Below, one piece after another: positions 1-9,396 of a DNA stretch of 57,758 nucleotides. Below the pieces are notes generated by a model that saw only the letters and a list, made by a program, of their open reading frames with translations, searched no databases and was not told the origin of the DNA. This DNA is from a virus. Lineage: Duplodnaviria > Caudoviricetes. Numbering within the stretch: the first letter of the stretch is position 1; the number at the start of each line of letters is the position of its first letter. Location: positions 1 to 57,758 of IMG/VR virus record IMGVR_UViG_3300020442_000002; one strand, written 5' to 3'. The position numbers and the translations under genes are program-made.

Positions 1-77
1 CGCACATTGCAACGGCTTCAACAACAGCAGATGCCTCCACAGGGACCGCCGGGTATGCCTCCGGGGGGTATGCCTCC
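1..77. repeat. Terminal direct repeat (copy 1), circular-assembly overlap
   Basis: Bases 1-77 are identical to 57682-57758, and an ORF reads through the junction in frame. Confidence 0.95.
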
Positions 78-147
78 CGGACCACCGCCCACGGCCCCCG
101 GACCAATGCCCACGATGCAACAGGGCATCATGCCCATGGCGGGTTAA
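1..147 (+). CDS. 3' end of the Pro/Ala-rich protein starting at 56455 (wraps the junction)
   Basis: In-frame continuation RTLQRLQQQQMPPQGPPG...MAG, stop TAA at 145-147. Confidence 0.85.
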   Translation, partial: RTLQRLQQQQMPPQGPPGMPPGGMPPGPPPTAPGPMPTMQQGIMPMAG

Positions 148-150
148 GTT

Positions 151-660
151 GTGGAATACAACCGTCCCGGTGTTGAAAAGTTTATTTCTAAGTTAGTCGG
201 CATGAAGGCCGAAGACTTAGATTGGGCGTCTAGTTTAGGCAAAAAATACGGCGAAAAAGAAGAGCTTGATGGGCGCGGAGATGCGGCGCGACATTTAGCT
301 TTGGGCTGGTTGGCCGCAAATGCGGAATCCCCCGGCACGGCAAAGAGAGCAATTCAAGCCAGAGAGTATTTAGATCTAGATTATATCCGTGAATTGATAG
401 ATGGAAAATTTGCGGGAAAAGAAATGGATCTTCGTAACAACGAGCTTGGCATGAAAATCAATGCTCAGACTAAAGAGGAAGCAGAAAGAATAATTTCTGA
501 GATGATTGGTTCGGGCGAAGCAACTTATATGTCCCCGGAACAAAGTTACGAAATGAGGGGCTATGCTAATGGAGGTGTTGCCAGCCTCGCCCCTGTAGCT
601 AAGAATATGTTTAGGACGCCGGATATTCGGCGTGGAATAGGTGGTTTTGCTAGTTCATGA
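151..660 (+). CDS. Hypothetical protein with DAxRH...MDLxNN motif and C-terminal YANGG motif
   Basis: 169 aa, GTG start; GDAARH and EMDLRNNELG resemble the DUF6973-like family. Confidence 0.6.
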   Translation: MEYNRPGVEKFISKLVGMKAEDLDWASSLGKKYGEKEELDGRGDAARHLALGWLAANAESPGTAKRAIQAREYLDLDYIRELIDGKFAGKEMDLRNNELGMKINAQTKEEAERIISEMIGSGEATYMSPEQSYEMRGYANGGVASLAPVAKNMFRTPDIRRGIGGFASS

Positions 661-1046
661 ACGATGTGCCAAAGTTAAATGACGGAACAGAGATTACGAT
701 ACCGTTGAGAAATTTAATTTCCATTGTTGCTGGTGTAGTCGTAGCTACCTACGCTTATTTCAGCATTGTTTCTCGTCTTCAAGCTATTGAGCAAGACATG
801 GCCAAAGACAAAATTATTATGGACATGAACACCGAATTTCGGATTCTGTGGCCGCGTGGCGAGCTTGGCGCATTGCCTGCTGATGCTCGTCAAGACATGC
901 TTATTGAAGGCTTGGAAAGAAAGCTGGAAGAAGTTAAGGCCGCGCCCAGCCGCGCCCAGCCTGAAGTTGATCGGCTTGCGGTTAGGGTAGATGCTTTAAT
1001 CGAAAGAATTGTTCGCTTGGAGCAGGCAGAAAATGCCAGTAACTAA
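657..1046 (+). CDS. Membrane-anchored coiled-coil protein
   Basis: N-terminal TM (LISIVAGVVVATYAYF) followed by heptad-like helix; ATGA overlap with upstream gene. Confidence 0.7.
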   Translation: MNDVPKLNDGTEITIPLRNLISIVAGVVVATYAYFSIVSRLQAIEQDMAKDKIIMDMNTEFRILWPRGELGALPADARQDMLIEGLERKLEEVKAAPSRAQPEVDRLAVRVDALIERIVRLEQAENASN

Positions 1047-1158
1047 GGCTCCAAACGGGAAATACCGTATTGGTCGGGGCAGGGCGATGTACACTAGCCG
1101 TGCCGCCGCCGAGCGGGCGTACAAAGCATATTTAGCTAAGAAGGGGAAAAAGAAGTGA
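1033..1158 (+). CDS. Small basic protein (41 aa)
   Basis: MPVTKAPNGKYRIG...AKKGKKK fills the gap and overlaps both neighbours; below the ORF-track cutoff. Confidence 0.6.
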   Translation: MPVTKAPNGKYRIGRGRAMYTSRAAAERAYKAYLAKKGKKK

Positions 1159-2018
1159 AAGCATTAGCAATAGTGGTTTTAGCGGTTTTTGTAACGGGGT
1201 GCGCTAGTTCTAGCTCACAATATTACGAAGCGGTGCAGAAGACGGCGGAAGCTAATGCTTTGGCTAGCCAAGCCAAGTTTGATGCTTTGGCCAGCATTGC
1301 TGCGGCGGGAGATGGGCAGGCGGCAAGTGCGGCGGTAATGGCATTGGCCCTGACGCAGACCCCCACGGTCACTCCGGTCCCACAGCAGTCCGAGGCTTTG
1401 CAATGGGCGAGCATATTGGCCGCGCCCGTCAGTAACTTGGGGATGATGTGGCTCCAGACGGACTCCACCAAGACAATGGCTCGGTACAACGCGCAGGTGG
1501 ATCTGGCCCGCATTTCGGCAGATGCCTCGACCCAGCAGGCGCTCTACGGGTCCTTCGTCAGCATGGGTGAGACCACTGCCGCGGTAGCTAACAGCATAGA
1601 TTACACGCCCTTCGTGGACGGGATGGTCACGCTTGGCACCACGGGCATGGATAACCTAGTTGATCTGGGTACTGCCGGATTTGATGCAAACACGACGATT
1701 GCTACTAACGGCATGAACAACTTGACCACGCTTGGGACCAACGGCATGAACAACTTGACCACGCTTGGGACCAACGGCATGAACAATTTGTACGGCCTTG
1801 GCGTTAATGGATTTACAAGCCTTGTTACGCTCGGCAACAACGGCATTGACTCGGTTGAGAATGCAGGCATCCAAGGCATGATTAACATTCGCGGCAACAC
1901 TACGGATTGGCTCGGCTACCTCAACAAGAGTGACCTGATTATGCAGGACATGCTGAAGGCAAACGGCTGTACGATCACGACAGACTCAAACAACAAAGTC
2001 GTAGTGACTTGCAACTAA
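1155..2018 (+). CDS. Predicted lipoprotein with 11-residue repeats
   Basis: Signal peptide with lipobox VTG-C; about 8 hendecad repeats (e.g. NNLTTLGTNGM). Confidence 0.75.
   Translation: MKALAIVVLAVFVTGCASSSSQYYEAVQKTAEANALASQAKFDALASIAAAGDGQAASAAVMALALTQTPTVTPVPQQSEALQWASILAAPVSNLGMMWLQTDSTKTMARYNAQVDLARISADASTQQALYGSFVSMGETTAAVANSIDYTPFVDGMVTLGTTGMDNLVDLGTAGFDANTTIATNGMNNLTTLGTNGMNNLTTLGTNGMNNLYGLGVNGFTSLVTLGNNGIDSVENAGIQGMINIRGNTTDWLGYLNKSDLIMQDMLKANGCTITTDSNNKVVVTCN
1707..1790 (+). repeat. 33-bp tandem repeat (about 2.5 copies)
   Basis: aacggcatgaacaacttgaccacgcttgggacc x2 plus a partial copy. Confidence 0.9.
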
Positions 2019-2034
2019 ATACAGGGAAAGTTAA

Positions 2035-4488
2035 ATGGCCAATGGCGACGATAAGGCACTTCTTTCATCTTTAATGGATGGGACATCAATGCAACCAGAA
2101 ATTACGGAAGAAGAAATGGAGTTGGACATAGAAATTGCCGCTCCCGGCACTTTTGTGGGGGCCATGGATGAGGTTCTTCCTGAAGGCATAGAAATTGAGG
2201 CGGAAGAAGATGGTGGCGTCACTGTTGACTTTGATCCGATGGCCCTTGCTGGCATTGATGGTGGCGATTTCTATCGCAACTTGGCAGAGGAGTTGGATGA
2301 CCGAGAGCTTGGTGAACTTTCTTCTGAGCTTTTAGGTGATTTTGAAGCCAACAAATCCTCTCGTTCTGAATGGGAAGATGCGTATTCTAAAGGCCTAGAA
2401 CTTTTGGGCTACAACTACGAAGAGCGCACAATGCCCTTTAGGGGCGCTACAGGCGTCACTCACCCTCTTTTGGCGGAAGCTGCTACGCAGTTTCAAGCTC
2501 AAGCGTTTAACGAGCTTTTGCCTCCTACTGGGCCGGTAAGAACGGCGGTTGTGGGCGAAAAGACCAAGCAAAATGAAGCGCAGGCTTACCGCGTTAAAGA
2601 GTTTATGAACTACTACATTACTAACGTAATGGAAGAGTACACGCCTGAGTTTGACCAAATGCTGTTTTATTTGCCTTTGGCGGGTTCAACGTTTAAGAAA
2701 GTTTATTACGACGAGGCCATTGACCGCGCCGTTAGTAAGTTTGTACCTGCCGAAGACATCGTAGTGCCGTATGGCGCGACAGACCTTGACTCTTGCGAAA
2801 ATATTACACAAGTAGTGAAGCTGTCTATGAATGACTTGCGCAAGCGCCAAATTATGGGCTTTTACAGAGACATCCCGGTACACCCTTCGCAAGGTTCTGA
2901 CGATGAAGTTCGTGATGAGATGAACAAGCTTGGGGGCGTAGAGCCGACCAACCTTGATTATGACTGCACGTTGTTAGAGTGCCACGTAAATTTAGATTTA
3001 CCGGGCTTTGAAGAAATTGGAGAAGATGGTGAACCAACAGGCATTAAAATACCTTATGTGGTTACGATTAGTGAGGACACTGGACAAATCCTTTCTATCC
3101 GACGTAATTACAGCGAGCAGGATGACAAAAAACAAAAGATTCAATATTTCGTCCATTACAAATTTTTGCCGGGATTCGGATTCTATGGTCTCGGTCTTAT
3201 CCATACCATTGGCGGCCTGTCCCGAACGGCCACGGCGGCTCTTCGCCAGCTTATTGATGCTGGCACTCTTTCTAACCTTCCTGCTGGCTTCAAGGCTCGG
3301 GGATTACGGGTACGGGATGATGAGGAGCCCTTACAACCCGGCGAATTCCGTGATGTGGATGCTCCGGGAGGCGCGATCCGCGACTCTTTGATGCCGTTGC
3401 CCTTTAAGGGCCCAGACGGCACCCTGATGCAGCTTCTAGGCTTTGTTGTAGAGGCGGGCCAGCGTTTTGCCACCATCACCGACATGAAGGTTGGGGATGG
3501 CAATCAGCAGGCCCCTGTGGGCACTACGGTGGCTCTACTGGAGCAAGGCTCGCGGGTCATGAGTGCAGTACATAAGCGCTTGCACTATGGCATGAAGCAA
3601 GAGTTTAAACTTCTTGCGCGGGTCATGTCAGAGTACCTGCCGCAGGAATACCCTTACGCGGTAGCAGGCGGTGATCGCACGATCATGCGCCAAGACTTTG
3701 ATGACCGTGTAGATGTTGTTCCGGTATCTAATCCCAACATTTTTTCCCAAGCTCAGAGAATTGCATTGGCGCAGTCTCAGCTTGAGATGGCGGCACAAGC
3801 TCCGCAGATGCACGATATGCACGAAGCGTACCGGCGCATGTACGAAGCGTTGGGCGTCAAGGACATTGATAAGATTTTGATTGCGCCGTCTTCAGATGAT
3901 CCGATTCCGAAAGACCCCGCGCAAGAGAACATCGACGTTATCGACAATGTTCAGTTGAAGGCGTTTGAGGGGCAGGACCATGACGCGCACATTATGGCGC
4001 ATTTAACTTTTGGAACTTCCCCCATGATGGGGGCTCTTCCGCAGGGAGCTATTGCGCTTCAAAAGCACATTATTGAGCATGTTAAGATTAAGTCTCAGGA
4101 AACAGCCACCGCACAGCTTATGCAACAGACCGGCGGACAGCCTTTGACGCCCGAGATGGAGCTTCAGTTAGAGTCCATGACGGCTCAAATTAACGCGCAA
4201 GAGTTCCAGAAGCTTAAGCAACTGTCTGCGCAAATAAGCGGCGAGGGTCAACAGGGCCCCGATCCTTTGGTACAATTGAAGCAACAAGAGCTTCAGATGG
4301 ATGCTCAGAAGCAAGAGCAAGATTTCCAAATGGACCAAGCCGAATTGCAGCTTGATCAACAGCGTATGCAAAACAAGGCTTCTGAGTTCCAGCAACGACT
4401 TGCTAGTCAGGAGCGCCAGACGCAGGCACGTATTGATGCTGCTCTGGAGCGTGAATTAATGAAACAGCGATTCGACAGGAATCAATGA
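2035..4488 (+). CDS. Portal protein (P22-like)
   Basis: 817 aa; HPLLAEAATQFQA and GSTFKKVYYD segments typical of marine podovirus portals; Q-rich C-terminal coiled coil; downstream of TerL on the circle. Confidence 0.85.
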   Translation: MANGDDKALLSSLMDGTSMQPEITEEEMELDIEIAAPGTFVGAMDEVLPEGIEIEAEEDGGVTVDFDPMALAGIDGGDFYRNLAEELDDRELGELSSELLGDFEANKSSRSEWEDAYSKGLELLGYNYEERTMPFRGATGVTHPLLAEAATQFQAQAFNELLPPTGPVRTAVVGEKTKQNEAQAYRVKEFMNYYITNVMEEYTPEFDQMLFYLPLAGSTFKKVYYDEAIDRAVSKFVPAEDIVVPYGATDLDSCENITQVVKLSMNDLRKRQIMGFYRDIPVHPSQGSDDEVRDEMNKLGGVEPTNLDYDCTLLECHVNLDLPGFEEIGEDGEPTGIKIPYVVTISEDTGQILSIRRNYSEQDDKKQKIQYFVHYKFLPGFGFYGLGLIHTIGGLSRTATAALRQLIDAGTLSNLPAGFKARGLRVRDDEEPLQPGEFRDVDAPGGAIRDSLMPLPFKGPDGTLMQLLGFVVEAGQRFATITDMKVGDGNQQAPVGTTVALLEQGSRVMSAVHKRLHYGMKQEFKLLARVMSEYLPQEYPYAVAGGDRTIMRQDFDDRVDVVPVSNPNIFSQAQRIALAQSQLEMAAQAPQMHDMHEAYRRMYEALGVKDIDKILIAPSSDDPIPKDPAQENIDVIDNVQLKAFEGQDHDAHIMAHLTFGTSPMMGALPQGAIALQKHIIEHVKIKSQETATAQLMQQTGGQPLTPEMELQLESMTAQINAQEFQKLKQLSAQISGEGQQGPDPLVQLKQQELQMDAQKQEQDFQMDQAELQLDQQRMQNKASEFQQRLASQERQTQARIDAALERELMKQRFDRNQ

Positions 4489-4489
4489 T

Positions 4490-4690
4490 ATGAAAGTTAA
4501 AGTTAATGGCGCTCCAGCGGCAAACGCGCCTAAGCCGGTAAATAAAGCTGTAATTGATGGCCAAGGATCTATTCCTTATGCTTCGGCCAAAACGGAAAAA
4601 ACGCCGGACACGGCCATCGGTAAGATCACTACCGGCAAGAAGAAAGGCATGGGTGCCGCGCTCCGCGGCTCACGGTTCACTAGCTGTTAA
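4490..4690 (+). CDS. Small basic hypothetical protein
   Basis: 66 aa ending KGMGAALRG; tightly packed. Confidence 0.7.
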   Translation: MKVKVNGAPAANAPKPVNKAVIDGQGSIPYASAKTEKTPDTAIGKITTGKKKGMGAALRGSRFTSC

Positions 4691-4708
4691 CGGCTTCGGT
4701 TAGCTGTA

Positions 4709-5110
4709 ATGCTAGATGCACTTATTGGTCCGGTAACGGGACTGTTAGATAAGTTCATTCCTGACGCTGATGAAAGAGCGAGGCTGGCCCATGAAATTGC
4801 TACAATGTCTGAGCGCCATGCGCAAGAATTGGCAAAGGGCCAGCTTGAAGTTAACCGAGCAGAAGCGGCGCATAAGTCTCTTTTTGTCGCGGGTTGGCGG
4901 CCATTTGTTGGGTGGACTTGCGGCATTGCTTTGGCTTGGCACTTTGTTGGTCAGCCTCTTGTCGTTTTTGGCATTGCAGTGGCTGGTGTTGACACCCCTG
5001 AACTTCCTACATTTGAAATGGAAAGCCTGCTAACGGTTTTACTGGGTATGCTGGGCCTTGGTGGCTTGCGCACTTTTGAAAAAACCAAAGGCGTTTCACG
5101 CGAAAAATGA
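4709..5110 (+). CDS. Holin (3TM/GTA-holin-like)
   Basis: GWRPFVGW and LLGMLGLGGLRTFEK motifs; next to the endolysin. Confidence 0.8.
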   Translation: MLDALIGPVTGLLDKFIPDADERARLAHEIATMSERHAQELAKGQLEVNRAEAAHKSLFVAGWRPFVGWTCGIALAWHFVGQPLVVFGIAVAGVDTPELPTFEMESLLTVLLGMLGLGGLRTFEKTKGVSREK

Positions 5111-5304
5111 CGCCCGCTCAACTAAATGAGTGGCGCATTGCTCCTAGAATTTTAATTTTGGCAATGACCTTTATGACCTACCGTGTTGTAGAGTGGTTTA
5201 TGACGTTGCCTGACCCCAGCCCAGAGCAAGCGGCTTTAGTTTCTGTAATGACGGGCGCACTTACCGGATCGTTTGGACTTTTTGTAAGTAAGAGCGAAAA
5301 ATGA
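5107..5304 (+). CDS. Small 2-TM membrane protein (lysis-associated?)
   Basis: Two hydrophobic segments; lies between holin and endolysin. Confidence 0.65.
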   Translation: MTPAQLNEWRIAPRILILAMTFMTYRVVEWFMTLPDPSPEQAALVSVMTGALTGSFGLFVSKSEK

Positions 5305-5648
5305 ACTACAAACATTTTACGCTAGACGAATTTAAGTGCCGAGAAACAAGTCAAAACGAAATTAAACCAGAATTTGTAGAAGCTTTAGACCAGTTGCGAG
5401 AAGACTGCGGGTTTCCGTTTATTATTAGCTCGGGGTATCGCTCCCCCACGCATTCTATTGAAGCGGCTAAAGAAAAGCCCGGAACGCACACGCAAGGCAT
5501 TGCCGCGGACATTGCGGTCTCTGATGGCGCACAAAGGCGCATTATTGTTGAAAAGGCGCTAGAGCTTGGCTTTAACGGAATAGGCGTAGCCAAGAAGTTT
5601 GTACACGTAGATATCCGCACCACCACCCCCGTTATTTGGACATATTAG
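5301..5648 (+). CDS. Endolysin, peptidase M15 family
   Basis: SGYR, H-x-x-G-x-A-A-D (HTQGIAAD) and FVHVD Zn-ligand motifs. Confidence 0.85.
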   Translation: MNYKHFTLDEFKCRETSQNEIKPEFVEALDQLREDCGFPFIISSGYRSPTHSIEAAKEKPGTHTQGIAADIAVSDGAQRRIIVEKALELGFNGIGVAKKFVHVDIRTTTPVIWTY

Positions 5649-5696
5649 TTGCTCATCTTAGATCGTCGTGTTATATAGATACGACATTCTAAGATG
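5649..5696 (+). promoter_or_regulatory. Putative sigma70 promoter overlapped by an inverted repeat, upstream of the head operon
   Basis: TTGCTC-N17-TATATA; arms CATCTTAGA (5654-5662) and TCTAAGATG (5688-5696). Confidence 0.5.
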
Positions 5697-5704
5697 GACC
5701 GCAT

Positions 5705-5902
5705 GTGGACTTTATACAGTTAGCTCAGTTTATCCAACGAGCGGTTAAAGACCGCAGAACGCACATCTCAGAATTGTTGGAAAACAACCATGTTAAATCC
5801 ATGGAGCAGTACCAAAACCTTATGGGGGAATTGTCTGCTCTGAACTACATTTCACAGGAACTCTCGGGCCTGCTTGAACAACAGGAGCAATTTAATGACT
5901 GA
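5705..5902 (+). CDS. Hypothetical protein
   Basis: 65 aa, GTG start; precedes GroES. Confidence 0.7.
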   Translation: MDFIQLAQFIQRAVKDRRTHISELLENNHVKSMEQYQNLMGELSALNYISQELSGLLEQQEQFND

Positions 5903-6341
5903 TGCCGCAGAAGCATTGGATCTTGATGCCGCCAAAGAGGGCGTCAAATCCTTGTACAAAGAACCAGAACAAAAGGTCCTTGATCCCGACGCGATGGACA
6001 AAAGCCTTTTAGATCGTATGCCCCAGCCCACTGGCTGGAGAATGCTTATCCTTCCTTATCGCGGTAAAGAAACCACTGAAGGTGGTATTTACATTCCGAA
6101 CAAAGTTCTTGACGACACCCAAATTCAAACGGTTGTGGGCTATGTCGTAAAGCAAGGTCCGCTTTGTTACAAAGACACCGATAAGTTCCCTGACGGGCCT
6201 TGGTGTGAAGAAAAACAGTGGGTAGTTTTTGCGCGATATGCCGGGTCTCGTTTCCGCATTGAAGGCGGCGAATGCCGCATTATTAATGACGACGAGATCT
6301 TGGCCGTAATTGACGATCCCGAAGACATTCTTAGCCTGTAA
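5895..6341 (+). CDS. groES: Co-chaperonin GroES-like protein
   Basis: PTGWRMLI...TEGGIYIP...VVFARYAG...IINDDEILAVI; AGGAG RBS before ATG 5895. Confidence 0.85.
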   Translation: MTDAAEALDLDAAKEGVKSLYKEPEQKVLDPDAMDKSLLDRMPQPTGWRMLILPYRGKETTEGGIYIPNKVLDDTQIQTVVGYVVKQGPLCYKDTDKFPDGPWCEEKQWVVFARYAGSRFRIEGGECRIINDDEILAVIDDPEDILSL

Positions 6342-6353
6342 GGAGGAATCAGC

Positions 6354-7265
6354 ATGAGCAGTGCTGCGGAAGAAACTCAATTTGAGTTAGAAGTGGGTGA
6401 TGCGGTAGAAACCGAAGTAGAGGTTGAAGCGCCGGATACTGAGGCGGAAGCCGCTATTGAAGACGTTTCGCAAGAACCCGAGCAAAAACAAGAGGATGAG
6501 CTAGAAAATTACAGCGAATCCGTTCAAAAGCGGATTAACCGCCTTACCAAAAAAATGCGGGACGCAGAGCGAGAGCGCGAGGAAGCGCTTCGATATGCTC
6601 AAAACGTTCAGAGCGAAGCCGAGCAAATTCGTCAGCGAATGCAGAACCTTGATCAGGGCTACATGACTGAGTATGGGAGCAGGCTATCCCTTGAGCAACA
6701 GCAAGCAGAAGCCAACCTTAAACGGGCGGTAGAGCTTGGAGATGCCGAAGCTACGGTTGCGGCGCAAAAAGAACTTAGCCGTTTAGCTATAGCAGAAAAC
6801 AACTACGCGCAGGCGCAACGGCAAGCAGAGCGACAATATCAACAACAGCCCGTCCAACAACAATACCAACAACCGGCTCCTGAACCGCAACCGCAAAAAC
6901 CAGACGCGAAAGCGGAAGAATGGGCGGGTAAAAACGCGTGGTTTGGTACTGATGAGGCCATGACGTTTGCCGCATTTGGCATTCACAAGAAATTAATTGA
7001 AGATGAAGGATTTGATCCTACGTCCGATGATTATTATAATGAGCTTGATTCTCGAATTAAGCGGGAGTTTCCGCATAAGTTTGAGCAAGAGCAAGAGCAA
7101 GATTCGTCAGCCAGCCGCAGGCCCGCCCAAAATGTAGCTGGAGTTTCACGTTCTAGTAGTACTGGGCGCAACGGAAAAAGGGTCAAACTCTCCCCGACCC
7201 AAGTAGCAATTGCTAAAAAGTTGGGAGTGCCGCTTGAAGAATACGCGAAATACGTTAAGGAGTAG
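6354..7265 (+). CDS. Capsid scaffolding protein (putative)
   Basis: Acidic coiled coil ending AKKLGVPLEEYAKY; lies between portal and MCP. Confidence 0.7.
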   Translation: MSSAAEETQFELEVGDAVETEVEVEAPDTEAEAAIEDVSQEPEQKQEDELENYSESVQKRINRLTKKMRDAEREREEALRYAQNVQSEAEQIRQRMQNLDQGYMTEYGSRLSLEQQQAEANLKRAVELGDAEATVAAQKELSRLAIAENNYAQAQRQAERQYQQQPVQQQYQQPAPEPQPQKPDAKAEEWAGKNAWFGTDEAMTFAAFGIHKKLIEDEGFDPTSDDYYNELDSRIKREFPHKFEQEQEQDSSASRRPAQNVAGVSRSSSTGRNGKRVKLSPTQVAIAKKLGVPLEEYAKYVKE

Positions 7266-7269
7266 TGTG

Positions 7270-7752
7270 ATGTCCGAAGAGAAGAAAGGCTTTGAGGGCA
7301 TTAAGCGCTCCTCACGTGATGCATCGTCAAGGGAGAAGCAAGGTAGGCGTAAGCCTTGGGCTCCCCCGTCTATGCTAGATGCACCGCCTGCACCAGAAGG
7401 CTATAAGCATCGGTGGATTCGGGCAGAAGTGCGTGGTTTTGATGACACGAAAAACATTTCTGCCAGATTGCGAGAAGGCTATGAGCTTGTTCGCCAAGAT
7501 GAATACCCCGATTTTGAGGCCCCGGTAATTGATTCAGGTAAATATGAGGGTGTGTTTGGTGTGGGTGGTCTGATGCTCGCTCGTATTCCGATTGAAACTG
7601 TGGAGGAACGCGCTGAGTACTTTGCTCAACGAAACGCGGATCAAATGGAAGCAGTTGAGTCGGATATGTTGCGAGAAAACGCTCATCCAACTATGACAAT
7701 CGGCAAGCCCGAGCGTCAAAGTCGTGTAACTTTTGGCGGCTCTAAGAAGTAG
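7270..7752 (+). CDS. Conserved head-module hypothetical protein
   Basis: ATG at 7270 after GGAG; WAPPSMLDAP, GGLMLARIP. Confidence 0.7.
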   Translation: MSEEKKGFEGIKRSSRDASSREKQGRRKPWAPPSMLDAPPAPEGYKHRWIRAEVRGFDDTKNISARLREGYELVRQDEYPDFEAPVIDSGKYEGVFGVGGLMLARIPIETVEERAEYFAQRNADQMEAVESDMLRENAHPTMTIGKPERQSRVTFGGSKK

Positions 7753-7779
7753 GGCCGCACAGAACGGAGAAACTAACTC

Positions 7780-8430
7780 ATGGCAAATCAAGAAACTGCC
7801 TTTGGTCTTCGTCCTGTTGGTCTTGTAGGAAGCGGTGTTAACAGCACTGGCGTCACTGAGTATGAAATTGCTAGTGACAACACGAATGCCATCTATAACG
7901 GTGCAATCGTTGTTCCTCTTGCGGCAGGCGTTATTGACCAAGCCGGAGATACTGCGGGCGGCACTACGCAAGCCCTTGGTGTCCTCGTAGGGGTTCAGTA
8001 CCACGATTCGACCCAGAAGAAGCCTGTTTGGCTGAACTACTGGCCCGGATCAGGTAGCGTGTCTGTAGACACTAACTACCCGGTAAAAGCTCTTGTAGCT
8101 GACAACCCCAACCAACTGTTCGTCGTAGCGGCGGACGCCACCCTTACTAACCGAGCTACTGCACTGGCTACTGTGTTTGCCAACGCAAGCCTTGGCACTT
8201 CTGCTCGTAGCGGATCTACCGACACCGGTAAGTCTAGCGCCGAGCTTTCTGTGTCTAGCGTTGCTACCACGGCCACTTTGCCGTTGCGTATCGTAGGTCT
8301 GGTTGATGATGACGCTAACAATGATTACGCGTCAGCGGGTGCGCATCTGCTTGTTCGATTGAACGCTCACTTTAACGCGGGTAGCCGTCGTTTTGATTCT
8401 CAAACGACAGCCGACTCAACTGGTATTTAA
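7780..8430 (+). CDS. Putative capsid cement/minor head protein
   Basis: 216 aa, MAN...FGLRPV start, immediately upstream of MCP. Confidence 0.6.
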   Translation: MANQETAFGLRPVGLVGSGVNSTGVTEYEIASDNTNAIYNGAIVVPLAAGVIDQAGDTAGGTTQALGVLVGVQYHDSTQKKPVWLNYWPGSGSVSVDTNYPVKALVADNPNQLFVVAADATLTNRATALATVFANASLGTSARSGSTDTGKSSAELSVSSVATTATLPLRIVGLVDDDANNDYASAGAHLLVRLNAHFNAGSRRFDSQTTADSTGI

Positions 8431-8443
8431 GGGAGATTAAGTA

Positions 8444-9349
8444 ATGGCTATTTCTCGCGCACAATTGGCGAAGGAGCTTGAGCCCGGACTGAACGCTCTC
8501 TTCGGCCTTGAGTATGATCGCTATGAAAAAGAGCACTCTGAGATCTTTGATGAAGAGTCTTCAGACCGTGCTTTTGAAGAAGAAGTAATGCTGTCTGGCT
8601 TCGGCACTGCGCCGGTTAAGTCAGAAGGCGGCGCTATCTCGTTTGATGACGCGCAGGAGACTTTCACTGCTCGTTACACTCACGAGACTATCGCTCTGGC
8701 CTTCAGCATTACTGAAGAGGCTATCGAAGACAATCTGTATGATCGTCTGGCTTCTCGCTACACCCGTGCTTTGGCACGATCTATGTCACAAACCAAGCAG
8801 ATCAAAGCAGCTTCTATCCTGAACAACGCGTTCAGCACTAGCCATCCGGTTGGTGACGGCGCTGCTCTGTGTTCTTCTGCTCACCCCTCTCTGTCAGGCA
8901 ATCAGCGTAACCAACTGTCTGTAGCGGCTGATCTCAACGAGACTTCTCTTGAGCAGATGCTAATTGACATCGCTGGTTTCACCGACGAGCGTGGTCTGAA
9001 GATCGCGGTACGTGGCATGAAGCTGATTATCCCGAAGGAACTGCAATTTATTGCAGAGCGAGTGATCAACTCCAATCTCCGTCCGGGTACGGCTGACAAC
9101 GATCTCAACGCAATGAAGTCTATGGGAATGATCCCTGATGGCGCTGTTGTGAACCACTTCTTGACCGATACGGATGCGTTCTTCCTCAAGACTGACGCTC
9201 CTAACGGCTTTAAGCTGTTCAACCGTAGCCCCATTAAGACCGCTATGGAAGGCGACTTCGACACTGGCAACATGCGCTTCAAAGCGCGTGAGCGTTACAG
9301 TTTCGGTGTTTCCGATTGGCGTTGTGTGTTTGGCTCCCCCGGAGCCTAA
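8444..9349 (+). CDS. Major capsid protein
   Basis: MAISRAQLAKELEPGLNALFG...KARERYSFG; strong codon bias; followed by a terminator. Confidence 0.9.
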   Translation: MAISRAQLAKELEPGLNALFGLEYDRYEKEHSEIFDEESSDRAFEEEVMLSGFGTAPVKSEGGAISFDDAQETFTARYTHETIALAFSITEEAIEDNLYDRLASRYTRALARSMSQTKQIKAASILNNAFSTSHPVGDGAALCSSAHPSLSGNQRNQLSVAADLNETSLEQMLIDIAGFTDERGLKIAVRGMKLIIPKELQFIAERVINSNLRPGTADNDLNAMKSMGMIPDGAVVNHFLTDTDAFFLKTDAPNGFKLFNRSPIKTAMEGDFDTGNMRFKARERYSFGVSDWRCVFGSPGA

Positions 9350-9365
9350 TAGATCTTCGGATCGG

Positions 9366-9396
9366 GAAAGGGCGGCATTTGCCGCCCTTTCTTTTT
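9366..9396 (+). terminator. Intrinsic terminator after MCP
   Basis: GAAAGGGCGGCA-tt-TGCCGCCCTTTC plus T run. Confidence 0.85.

Noticed and set aside
1-77. Biological terminal repeat
   Set aside because: It lies mid-ORF and its length matches a typical assembly k-mer, so it is most likely an assembly overlap.
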